A stretch of DNA of 37,162 nt from Syntrophomonadaceae bacterium (GTDB lineage: Bacteria; Bacillota; Dethiobacteria; DTU022), in assembly GCA_007130585.1 (NCBI GenBank), contig SLSE01000180.1, positions 1 through 37,162 of the forward strand, in the 5' to 3' direction. The notes under the pieces were generated by a model. It worked only from the letters and a program-made list of their open reading frames with translations, made no database searches and was not told the origin of the DNA. Shown here piece by piece: positions 24,337-31,777 of the stretch; position 1 is the stretch's first letter, and the number at the start of each line of letters is the position of its first letter. The position numbers were made by a program, and so were the translations under genes.

Positions 24337-24364
24337 GAAGAAATCCCCTGACGGGGATTTCTTC
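24337..24364 (+). terminator. Hairpin after sor (probable terminator, no clear T-tract)
   Basis: GAAGAAATCCCC-TGAC-GGGGATTTCTTC is a perfect 12-bp stem 34 nt after the sor stop. It is followed by ACCTTCC rather than a T run. Confidence 0.45.
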
Positions 24365-24426
24365 ACCTTCCGGGCGTCCGGGGAAAATGTTTAGCCGGAC
24401 CCCCTTAACTATAGGAGTGTAAGAAT

Positions 24427-25167
24427 ATGAACTGGTTGCAAATTGGATTACTCGGTATGCTGGCCGGCGTTATCGGCACAGGAGCCGGCGGCCTGCTCTC
24501 AGTCCTGGTTAAAAAGCCCACGCCGCGCTTTACCGGTACAATTATGGCCTTTGCCGCCGGTGTTATGCTGGTGATTATTTTTCTGGAGCTGATTGAGGAA
24601 GCAATAGATTTCAGCGGGTACTGGCCGGCGATCCTGGGCATCACCCTGGGAGTGCTTGTCTTTTATCTGCTCGATCATTTTCTGCCCCACCACCACCCGG
24701 TAACACCGGAAGATAACATTTTCGGGGGTTACCTGAAGAAAGGAACCCTGCTGGCCCTGGGTATCGGGCTGCATAATTTTCCCGAAGGGCTGGCAATCGG
24801 GAGCGGCTTTATCGGTTCAACAGAGCTGGGCACCACTCTCGCCATCTTAATTGCCCTCCATAATATCCCTGAAGGGATGGCCGTCGCCGCCCCGCTCCAG
24901 CAGGGGGGCTATAATTACCGTAAAGTAATTGCAATCACCGCCCTGGCAGGCGTGCCGATGGGTATAGGAGCCTTGATCGGGGCCGCTATCGGCAGCATCT
25001 CCGTTTACATCCTGGGATTGTCCCTCGGTTTTGCGGGGGGCGCCATGCTCTACATAGTATGCGACGAACTGATTCCCGATGCCTACAAAAGCGCGGGACC
25101 CCACCTCTCGATTTTCGGTATTTTTTTCGGGACTGTCCTGGGAATCCTTTTCACGGCCTGGTTTTAA
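24427..25167 (+). CDS. zupT: ZIP-family divalent metal transporter (ZupT-like)
   Basis: 246-aa multi-TM ORF with twin GLHNFPEGLAIG / ALHNIPEGMAVAAPL motifs and a His-rich loop (LPHHHPV). Confidence 0.85.
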   Translation: MNWLQIGLLGMLAGVIGTGAGGLLSVLVKKPTPRFTGTIMAFAAGVMLVIIFLELIEEAIDFSGYWPAILGITLGVLVFYLLDHFLPHHHPVTPEDNIFGGYLKKGTLLALGIGLHNFPEGLAIGSGFIGSTELGTTLAILIALHNIPEGMAVAAPLQQGGYNYRKVIAITALAGVPMGIGALIGAAIGSISVYILGLSLGFAGGAMLYIVCDELIPDAYKSAGPHLSIFGIFFGTVLGILFTAWF

Positions 25168-25170
25168 AAC

Positions 25171-25206
25171 TTGACCCCCGGTCTAATTACAGTTATCATT
25201 ACTGTA
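25171..25206 (+). promoter_or_regulatory. Promoter of the Fur-family gene with an overlapping inverted repeat (candidate auto-operator)
   Basis: TTGACC (25171-25176), a 17-nt spacer, then TATCAT (25194-25199). The inverted repeat TACAGT-N7-ACTGTA (25188-25206) straddles the -10. It extends to 9-bp arms with one mismatch. Confidence 0.45.
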
Positions 25207-25240
25207 CTTAAAATATCACCCAGAAGCGAGCTAAAATTTT

Positions 25241-25663
25241 ATGAACAAACGCAGGTATAAACGCAGCAGGCAGAGAGAGCACATATTGAAACTTTTACAG
25301 GGCACGGACAAACACCCCACCGCCAGCTGGATTTATGACGAGTTGAGGCCGGAGTTTTCCAACCTGAGCATGGGAACCGTCTACCGTAATATCAATATTT
25401 TGCTTGACCAAAACCTTGTCCAAAAAATTGAATCGGGAAGCAGTTTCGATCGCTACGATGCCAACACCGAACTGCACTATCATTTTATCTGCCGGGAGTG
25501 TGAAACTGTAGACGACATGCCGGTTGAGGTATTTCAAGCTTTGGATAAAGAGATCAGCGATGCCACCGGGTACCGGGTTGAAAGCCATCGTCTGGATTTT
25601 TACGGCCTCTGCCCATCCTGCGCCGCAAAAGAGGAGATTGAAATATCGGATTTTAACGGGTAA
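25241..25663 (+). CDS. Fur-family transcriptional regulator (PerR/Zur-like)
   Basis: 140-aa ORF with a wHTH region (RQREHILKLLQGTDKHPTASWIYDEL...MGTVYRNINIL), an HYHFIC block, and two CxxC pairs (CRECETV, CPSC). Confidence 0.9.
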   Translation: MNKRRYKRSRQREHILKLLQGTDKHPTASWIYDELRPEFSNLSMGTVYRNINILLDQNLVQKIESGSSFDRYDANTELHYHFICRECETVDDMPVEVFQALDKEISDATGYRVESHRLDFYGLCPSCAAKEEIEISDFNG

Positions 25664-25698
25664 GATACTCTGCCCTGCGGATAAAACCGGGCATGCGA

Positions 25699-25738
25699 AT
25701 CGGGGACGACCTGCCAATTTAAGGGTTCCCGATTTTTA
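25699..25738 (+). terminator. Rho-independent terminator after the Fur-family gene
   Basis: ATCGGGGAC pairs with GTTCCCGAT (9 bp including one G-T). The loop is 17 nt and is followed by TTTTTATAT. Confidence 0.55.
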
Positions 25739-25887
25739 TATGGCGGATTAAGCCGCCCGGAATCCGGTACTGCGGCCCGGTTGCAGTTTATAGAACCACC
25801 CGGGATTATTGGGAAGTTTACAGGCCTATCCGGGTCCTTACTCAGGCAGGACGAGAATTTGATCGGGAACCGGTTTTGGAAACAATC

Positions 25888-25896
25888 TGTTATAAT
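25888..25896 (+). promoter_or_regulatory. Extended -10 promoter element (TGTTATAAT) upstream of the methyltransferase gene
   Basis: TG-T-TATAAT read directly from the sequence. There is no good -35. It lies about 75-120 nt upstream of the candidate starts. Confidence 0.3.
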
Positions 25897-25969
25897 TTAT
25901 GCCATAAGAGCGCTGCTGGAAAGATAACCCGGTTAAAACCGGATTCCTCTCCAATATGCGCTTCACAAG

Positions 25970-27268
25970 ATGATACCCGCCCTGAACCTGCGGCTTCAAA
26001 AAAAGGGGGCCCGCGTATTGTTTGTAGATCCCGAATTAAACAGATTCCTGGAAAAGCACTCTTTCAAAGATGGTAACCGTGCTGCTGAAGCAAGAGATAC
26101 CCTTATCGAAAATGTCACGGTCGGATCTATTCCTGCTGTTCGTTACACTAACGAATTCTGGACTTCGCGCCAGCGACAGGCGGCCTCTATTCACGAGATC
26201 TCTTACCGGGCCTGCTTTAAGCCCCAGCTTCCCCGCTTTTTTATTGAACTGCTTACAAAACCGGGCGATACGGTCTATGATCCCTTCTCCGGGCGGGGGA
26301 CAACAGCAGTTGAAGCCGCCCTGATGGGACGGCGCGTAATTGCCAACGACGTTAATCCCTTGAGTAAAATATTATCAGCCCCCAGGCTGGCCCTGCCGGA
26401 GATTGACGGCATCAGGGAACGCCTGTCAGAAATCCCCTTCTGTGAAAACCTGATAAATGAAACAAACCTCTCGATGTTTTACCATCCCCGCACCGAAGGG
26501 GAGTTGTTATCGCTGCGCGGTTACCTGATTGAGAGGCAAGATCTTGTGCCCGACGACCGGGATAACTGGATTAGAATGGTGGCTACAAGCCGCCTGACAG
26601 GGCATTCAAAAGGTTTTTTTTCCGTATACACCATGCCGCCCAACCAGGCGGTATCAGCGGAAAGGCAGGAGAAAATAAACTTAAAACGCGGCCAGCGGCC
26701 CGAATACAGGGATGTAAAGAAAATAATCGAACTCAAAACAGCCGGGCTGCTCAGGAACCTGACCGCCGGGCAGAAAGCAAACCTGCGCAGTGCCTCGGCC
26801 GATGCCCTTTTCCTGGAGAACGATGCCGCCGATACGAGCGCTATTCCTGCAGAGAGCGTTGATTTAACAGTAACTTCGCCCCCTTTTTTAAATGTTGTCC
26901 AGTATTCCAGGGACAACTGGCTGCGCTGCTGGTTTAATAATATTAACCTGGAAGAAGTTGAAAGTAAAATAACCATGGCCTCTAACCTGGACCAATGGAT
27001 ATCAACAATGAACGGGGTATTCCGGGAGCTTTACCGGATAACCAAACCGGCAGGATGGGTTGCTTTTGAAGTGGGTGAAATCAGAAATGGCCGAATTAAG
27101 CTGGAAGAAGCGGTGGTTCCCCTGGGCACCGGGAACGGGTTCGACTGCGCCGGCATTGTCGTTAACAGCCAGAAGTTCACAAAAACCTCTAATATCTGGG
27201 GAATTCATAATAACCGGTCCGGCACCAATAGCAACCGCATTGTACTGTTCAAAAAAGGGTCCCGCTGA
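25970..27268 (+). CDS. DNA methyltransferase (N4/N6 family; motif I precedes motif IV; SPPF catalytic motif)
   Basis: 432-aa ORF. HEISYRACFKPQLPRFFIELLTKPGDTVYDPFSGRGTTAVEAALMGRRVIANDVNP is the AdoMet motif I context of N4/N6 DNA MTases. VDLTVTSPPFLNVVQYS is motif IV, followed by FRELYRITKPAGWVAFEVG. An alternative TTG start at 26018 lies 8 nt after AAGGGGG. Confidence 0.75.
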   Translation: MIPALNLRLQKKGARVLFVDPELNRFLEKHSFKDGNRAAEARDTLIENVTVGSIPAVRYTNEFWTSRQRQAASIHEISYRACFKPQLPRFFIELLTKPGDTVYDPFSGRGTTAVEAALMGRRVIANDVNPLSKILSAPRLALPEIDGIRERLSEIPFCENLINETNLSMFYHPRTEGELLSLRGYLIERQDLVPDDRDNWIRMVATSRLTGHSKGFFSVYTMPPNQAVSAERQEKINLKRGQRPEYRDVKKIIELKTAGLLRNLTAGQKANLRSASADALFLENDAADTSAIPAESVDLTVTSPPFLNVVQYSRDNWLRCWFNNINLEEVESKITMASNLDQWISTMNGVFRELYRITKPAGWVAFEVGEIRNGRIKLEEAVVPLGTGNGFDCAGIVVNSQKFTKTSNIWGIHNNRSGTNSNRIVLFKKGSR

Positions 27269-27306
27269 CCCTTCCATTAAGCATCTTCCCAGCCGCAAAC
27301 AATAAA

Positions 27307-27864
27307 TCAGGGCCGCTGCACCTTCTTGGTATCCGGCTCCATCCCCCTGTTCATCTGCAGGGCCAGGCGTGATGAGTCATACATAACCCAGATATAAACG
27401 GCGATCAAGCCCAGCCCCCGGGTAAAGAACCAGGCGGCAATGGCAACCAGGAACCAGATCAGCCCTTTAGTGAACATTCCCAGGTACATGTAGCCGGCCC
27501 CGGGAAATATCAGGTTGAGCAGGCCGGTCAGGATTGGGTCTTTTCTGAAACCGGAAGAATTATCGCGTTTTTTCTTTACGGGAATTTCTTTCCCCGGCGA
27601 TTCGGGTGGTTCAAGCGATGCTCTGCAATACCGGCACCTGGTGGCAAAACTGATAATCTTTTCACCGCAAAATTGACAGCGTTTATAAGCCAGGTCCTGA
27701 TCATTGTTTTCAAGGGAAGGCTTTCCGGCACAGCCCCAGGTGGTGCAGCCGCCGGTTTTTTCCCAGCAGCCGCCGTGATAATTACGCATGCAAAGACGGC
27801 AGCGCACTGTAAGATCGCTTGGTTTAAAGTCCTGACCGCAGGTACTGCAATAATTTTCTTTCAT
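27307..27864 (-). CDS. Membrane protein with an N-terminal PHD/RING-like C4HC3 zinc finger, a second zinc ribbon and a C-terminal 2-TM domain
   Basis: 185-aa ORF. Cys/His spacing is C-x2-C-x12-C-x2-C-x4-H-x2-C-x6-C-x4-C (CSTCGQDF...CRLCMRNYHGGCWEKTGGCTTWGC). This is followed by CQFCGEKIISFATRCRYC and then hydrophobic LLNLIFPGAGYMYLG...WFLVAIAAWFF. GGAGGG Shine-Dalgarno lies 7 nt upstream. Confidence 0.6.
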   Translation of the reverse strand: MKENYCSTCGQDFKPSDLTVRCRLCMRNYHGGCWEKTGGCTTWGCAGKPSLENNDQDLAYKRCQFCGEKIISFATRCRYCRASLEPPESPGKEIPVKKKRDNSSGFRKDPILTGLLNLIFPGAGYMYLGMFTKGLIWFLVAIAAWFFTRGLGLIAVYIWVMYDSSRLALQMNRGMEPDTKKVQRP

Positions 27865-27991
27865 AGCAAACCCTCCACTTAAATTATATCACACTTCGCC
27901 CTCATCCTTGCGGGCCTGCCAGAATTTGCTTGCCCTTTAATGTTTTAAAGTAGATAATTATACTATTAATTCATACCTGGAGGAGATAAAA

Positions 27992-28411
27992 ATGGAAAGC
28001 CGCGCTGTTGCCAGGGCCGCTGTAAGTATTGCAATGACCCCGACCAGGGAAGAGGAAGCGGCGGTAAAAGAAAAACACCTTGCGGAAGGCATTCAATCGC
28101 TGGCTGTAGATTATGGAGGAGAGTTTTTAAGCTCCCTGCAAAAGGTGGTGGAAAGAGCAGTGGTCGCTTCAAAAAGAGAAAATATTATTGATGACTCCAG
28201 CCATTCCGACGGAGCTGTTGCCGGGGCAACCCGTGAAGCGCTGGCCCAGATCATGCCCAAGGCCCTGGGCCTGAATGTCGGCGGGAAAGTCGGCATCGCC
28301 AGGGGGGGCAGTCATGTAGCGGTGGCGATCTTTTTCGGTATCGGCCTGCTGCACAGAAACGATGTCGCAATCGGCCTGGGGCACCGGGCCATATGGGGCC
28401 CGGACAATTAA
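27992..28411 (+). CDS. HutP-family protein (putative RNA-binding antiterminator-like regulator)
   Basis: 139-aa ORF. DGAVAGATREALAQIMPKALGLNVGGKVGIARGGSHVAVAIFFGIGLLHRNDVAIGLGHRAI aligns by eye with the C-terminal half of Bacillus subtilis HutP (HALYHATMEALHGV...FAVLRG...IAVSLYGTIGAP...FGVGINHI). GGAGGAG Shine-Dalgarno is present. Confidence 0.7.
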   Translation: MESRAVARAAVSIAMTPTREEEAAVKEKHLAEGIQSLAVDYGGEFLSSLQKVVERAVVASKRENIIDDSSHSDGAVAGATREALAQIMPKALGLNVGGKVGIARGGSHVAVAIFFGIGLLHRNDVAIGLGHRAIWGPDN

Positions 28412-28517
28412 ATTCGCTGCAATTCCAAGTCGGCCTTCTGTCGCAGCATTTCAATCGCGCAGATGGGAACCAGGCAGGGGGCCGGCTTGTCGGTATAGTA
28501 AAGAGGGGGGAAGAATA

Positions 28518-29471
28518 GTGAAAGCAAAACAAGGTAAGGTAATTATTATCCTGGTTGCAGTTGCAGTCTTTGCGGGAATCCTGCTGGCTTCCTGCGCCGC
28601 CCCGGCGTACTACATGGGAACCGACGATATGGTTGCCGAAGAAGCCGCTATGGATGCCGAGTATATCTACAGCAACCGCTCAGGGGTTGCCGATGCACCG
28701 GAAGTAGACTTTGGAAAGGAGATGCTCGACGGCAGGGTTGGAGAGAGCAGCCTGCGCCATGTGATTCGTACCGGCTCGATAGAGCTTACAGTGACAGATC
28801 CGCGGGAGAAAATAAGTGAAGTGCGCGTTATTGTTGAAAATTCCGAGGGAATGATCAGCAGCTCCAATATCTACGAGATAAGAGACGGCCAGTACGGTGC
28901 CAACCTCACCTTGAGGATCCCCAACGTTAATTTTGATCCGGTTATGGAACAACTCCAGGCCCTTGGCAGAGCCCGGAATGTCCAAACCGGAACCGATGAT
29001 GTAACCATGCAGTATATAGATCTTCAGTCCCGGCTAAATAACCAGCAGGCCCAGGAAGAAAGGCTTGTAGAAATACTGGAGATGGCCGAAACAGTTGAAG
29101 ATGTTCTTGAGGTTGAAAGAGAATTATTCAGGATCCGGGGAGAAATCGAAACAATGACTGCCCAGATGAACCACCTGCAGGACCAGGTTTCTTATGCCAC
29201 AATTTATCTGAATATACGGGAAGAAACCATTCCCACCGGGGGAATCTCGCCGGGGGCTTTTGAAAACCTGGGCGGCAGGATCGGTGAGGCATTTATCGGC
29301 AGTATTAACTTTGTGCTAAATGCTGTCTCCATCGCAATTATAGCCTTTTCAGCATTACTGCCCATCCTGCTGGTTCTGGGTATTACCGTTATCCTGATCG
29401 TCCTGCTGGCGCGCAGGTTAAGCAGGCGCAAAAAAGCAGCGGCCGATGGCGCGTTTCCCGGGCAGGAATAA
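28518..29471 (+). CDS. DUF4349-type lipoprotein (coiled-coil, C-terminal TM anchor)
   Basis: I trimmed the track ORF to the GTG at 28518, which is preceded by AGAGGGGGG. The signal has a lipobox (ILLASC). The central block LTLRIPNVNFDPVMEQL...DDVTMQYIDLQSRLNNQQAQEERLVEIL...VERELFRIRGEIETMTAQMNHLQDQVSYATIYLNIRE matches my memory of DUF4349. It has two C-terminal TM helices. Confidence 0.65.
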   Translation: MKAKQGKVIIILVAVAVFAGILLASCAAPAYYMGTDDMVAEEAAMDAEYIYSNRSGVADAPEVDFGKEMLDGRVGESSLRHVIRTGSIELTVTDPREKISEVRVIVENSEGMISSSNIYEIRDGQYGANLTLRIPNVNFDPVMEQLQALGRARNVQTGTDDVTMQYIDLQSRLNNQQAQEERLVEILEMAETVEDVLEVERELFRIRGEIETMTAQMNHLQDQVSYATIYLNIREETIPTGGISPGAFENLGGRIGEAFIGSINFVLNAVSIAIIAFSALLPILLVLGITVILIVLLARRLSRRKKAAADGAFPGQE

Positions 29472-29482
29472 AAGCAGTCAGC

Positions 29483-29518
29483 AAAAAACGGGGCCCTCCC
29501 GGTTTTCGGGGGGGCCGT
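29483..29518 (-). terminator. GC-rich terminator between convergent DUF4349 and marR genes
   Basis: A stem of about 10 bp (CCCTCCCG... / ...CGGGGGGG with flanking GG/CC) has loop GTTTT. On the minus strand it is followed by TTTTTTG. On the plus strand there is no T-tract. Confidence 0.7.
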
Positions 29519-29559
29519 GATATAAATATATGTCGGCCGGCCTGGTTGAGACCGCCATT

Positions 29560-29991
29560 TTATACCTGCTCTTCAAGAATCTCTTCTTCCTCTAAAATAT
29601 CTTCCCGTTCCAGGAGATCAACAGCCCGCTTGAGCAGGCCGAGAAGCTGCTCCCGCTCATTTTCGGGGACCCGGGCCAGGTAAAGGGCCAGCAGCAGGTT
29701 GCGCCTTTCTTCCACGTTTTCCAGGACCTTTAAACCCCTGGGGGTAATAGAAATCCAGACCTGGCGGCGATCTTTATCCTGCCTCTCCCGCAGGACCAGA
29801 CCCATCCGGTGCAAACGGTTTACCAGGGCGGTTACCGCACTTAAGGTCACTCCAAGCATATGGGCGAGATATGAAGTATTGCAGGGTGCTTTGCGCAGGG
29901 CACGAAGGACTACATACTGGGTATCCGTGATTTCATCTACTGTATAGCGGTTGTGCAAAACCCGGACCCTGTAAATCAGGCGGCTGAACAC
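29560..29991 (-). CDS. MarR-family transcriptional regulator
   Basis: The wHTH core is ITDTQYVVLRALRKAPCNTSYLAHMLGVTLSAVTALVNRLHRMGLVLRERQDKDRRQVWISITPRGLKVL. The track start at 29991 is GTG. The reading frame stays open 23 codons further upstream with a strong Shine-Dalgarno but no canonical start codon. Confidence 0.85.
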   Translation of the reverse strand: MFSRLIYRVRVLHNRYTVDEITDTQYVVLRALRKAPCNTSYLAHMLGVTLSAVTALVNRLHRMGLVLRERQDKDRRQVWISITPRGLKVLENVEERRNLLLALYLARVPENEREQLLGLLKRAVDLLEREDILEEEEILEEQV

Positions 29992-30241
29992 ATAGTCAAG
30001 CTCCTTGATATAACTAATCAGGTCTTCGCTTTTTATAGCAGCCCTCTCCTCCCGTGTATACTTTAAGGGTTAAATTGTTACCAGTGTAAACTATTAATTG
30101 ATTTATTTATACCACTGATAATCTTTCCGGTCAAGATTTAACCCCGGTGTAAACATATTTTCAGATCGGCGGCGCTGTGTTAGAGTATAAGGAAGAGTGA
30201 ATTAACCGGGCAGCGATAAACTGCACGGCAAAAGAGGCAGG

Positions 30242-31777
30242 TTGACCGTACCCTATATGAACCTTTATCTAAAAAAATTACTTAAACAAATAAAATTCCC
30301 CGGGCTGGCCCTGCTTTCGGGGCTGCTGGTTATTGCCGCCTTTCCGCCTTTCGAACAGGGCTATATGGCCTGGTTTGCCCTTTTGCCCCTGATTGCAGCG
30401 TGCCTTCATACTAACCCGGCAGGCGGTTTTTGGGCCGGCTTTATCTTCGGGCTGCCCTTAACTCTCTATACAAACCTGTACCTTTCCCATGTCCTGTTTC
30501 CATACCTGCCCACATCGCTGGCAGCTGCCGCTATGATCGGCCTGGTGGTTTATATCAGCCTTTTCTACGGCTTATTCGGACTGGGTGCGGCTGTGGCAGC
30601 CCGCACAGGAAAAGCCTGGTTCACAGCCCTGGCCCTGCCTTCCCTGTGGCTGCTGGTGGAATACCTGCGTTCTGTGAGCTTTCTGGCATACAATGTGGGT
30701 TACCTGGGCTATACCCAGTGGGGTTACCCGCTTATTTTAAATATAACCTCGGTTTACGGTTACTGGGGACTGCCGTTCCTGATCGTTTTTTTCCAGACGC
30801 TGGTATTACTGGTTGCAATGAAAAAACTGCAGTCTGCCCCCCGGTTTATCATGTCGGCAGCTTTCCTGCTTCTGCTATTCATCGGCATTTTACTGCCCGG
30901 CTTTATGCCCGGACAAACAAGCGATCGTCACCTGAAGGTAAGCCTGATCCAGGGAAACAGCCGGCCCCAGTCAATTGTTGAAGGCGACGTTGCAGACATT
31001 CTTGAACTTTACACCGGCCTGACGAAAAATGCCCTGGAAGAAAATCCGGATATTGACCTCGTGGCCTGGCCCGAAACCGTCGCCAGGCTGGATTTCTCCA
31101 ACAGCAGGGAACACTCACCGGAGATAGTGGAGTTGGGGGAAGAATACGGAGTAAGTATCTTATACGGGGCAAGGGTAAAGGAGGGGGACCGGTTATACAA
31201 TTCTGTCGCCCTCTACCGGGGGGAGAAAGAAGATATACCCGTTTACCACAAACACCGCCTGGTGCCGTTTGTTGAGTATTTCCCGATGGAGCAGCTTCTA
31301 AACCGGATCCTGGACCTGGATCTGTTGCTGGGCAGCTACTCGGCAGGAGAAAACCTGACTATTTTTCGCCTCGATGATGTTACCCTGGCCGGGGCAATTT
31401 GTTTTGAATCATATTTTGGCGATCACACCCGGCTTTTTGCGGCGGAAGGTATTAACCACCTGTTTATCCCGACCAACGACGCCTGGTTCGGCGAATCGAT
31501 CGGGCTGGAGCAGCATGCCCAGGCTGCAGCAATCAGGGCTGCAGAGATGGGTGTGGGAGTCACCCAGGTTGCCAACAGCGGAATAACCATTTCATTCAAC
31601 CACCGGGGGGAAGAACTGTTCCGCTCCGGTAAAAATGAAGCTGCTGTTTTTACCCTGCCCCTGGATTTAAATACCCGTGATACTGTTTATACCCGTTACG
31701 GCAACTACTTTCCCGTTTTTTGGGCCCTGTTTATGGCAATCGCCTGGCCGGTTGCAGCGCTGCGCAGGGCTACCTGA
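30242..31777 (+). CDS. lnt: Apolipoprotein N-acyltransferase
   Basis: 511-aa ORF with an N-terminal multi-TM region and then a C-N hydrolase domain. The catalytic triad contexts are LVAWPET (Glu), YHKHRLVPFVEYFP (Lys) and GAICFESYF (Cys). It ends with a terminal TM helix. The start is TTG at 30242 or ATG at 30257. Confidence 0.85.
   Translation: MTVPYMNLYLKKLLKQIKFPGLALLSGLLVIAAFPPFEQGYMAWFALLPLIAACLHTNPAGGFWAGFIFGLPLTLYTNLYLSHVLFPYLPTSLAAAAMIGLVVYISLFYGLFGLGAAVAARTGKAWFTALALPSLWLLVEYLRSVSFLAYNVGYLGYTQWGYPLILNITSVYGYWGLPFLIVFFQTLVLLVAMKKLQSAPRFIMSAAFLLLLFIGILLPGFMPGQTSDRHLKVSLIQGNSRPQSIVEGDVADILELYTGLTKNALEENPDIDLVAWPETVARLDFSNSREHSPEIVELGEEYGVSILYGARVKEGDRLYNSVALYRGEKEDIPVYHKHRLVPFVEYFPMEQLLNRILDLDLLLGSYSAGENLTIFRLDDVTLAGAICFESYFGDHTRLFAAEGINHLFIPTNDAWFGESIGLEQHAQAAAIRAAEMGVGVTQVANSGITISFNHRGEELFRSGKNEAAVFTLPLDLNTRDTVYTRYGNYFPVFWALFMAIAWPVAALRRAT

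Noticed and set aside
28412-28517. HutP binding array (three UAG triplets spaced by 4 nt, duplicated) in the spacer after the HutP-family gene.
   Set aside because: Only scattered CAG/UAG triplets at irregular spacing are present. No Bacillus-type array is present.
29992-30060. The MarR reading frame stays open 23 codons upstream of the GTG start (…YTREERAAIKSEDLISYIKELDY-V…). A strong GGGAGGAG Shine-Dalgarno is placed about 9 nt before an ATA codon, but there is no ATG, GTG or TTG.
   Set aside because: There is no canonical start codon in the extension. It could be a non-canonical start, a sequencing error or coincidence. I kept the GTG start and did not call a pseudogene.
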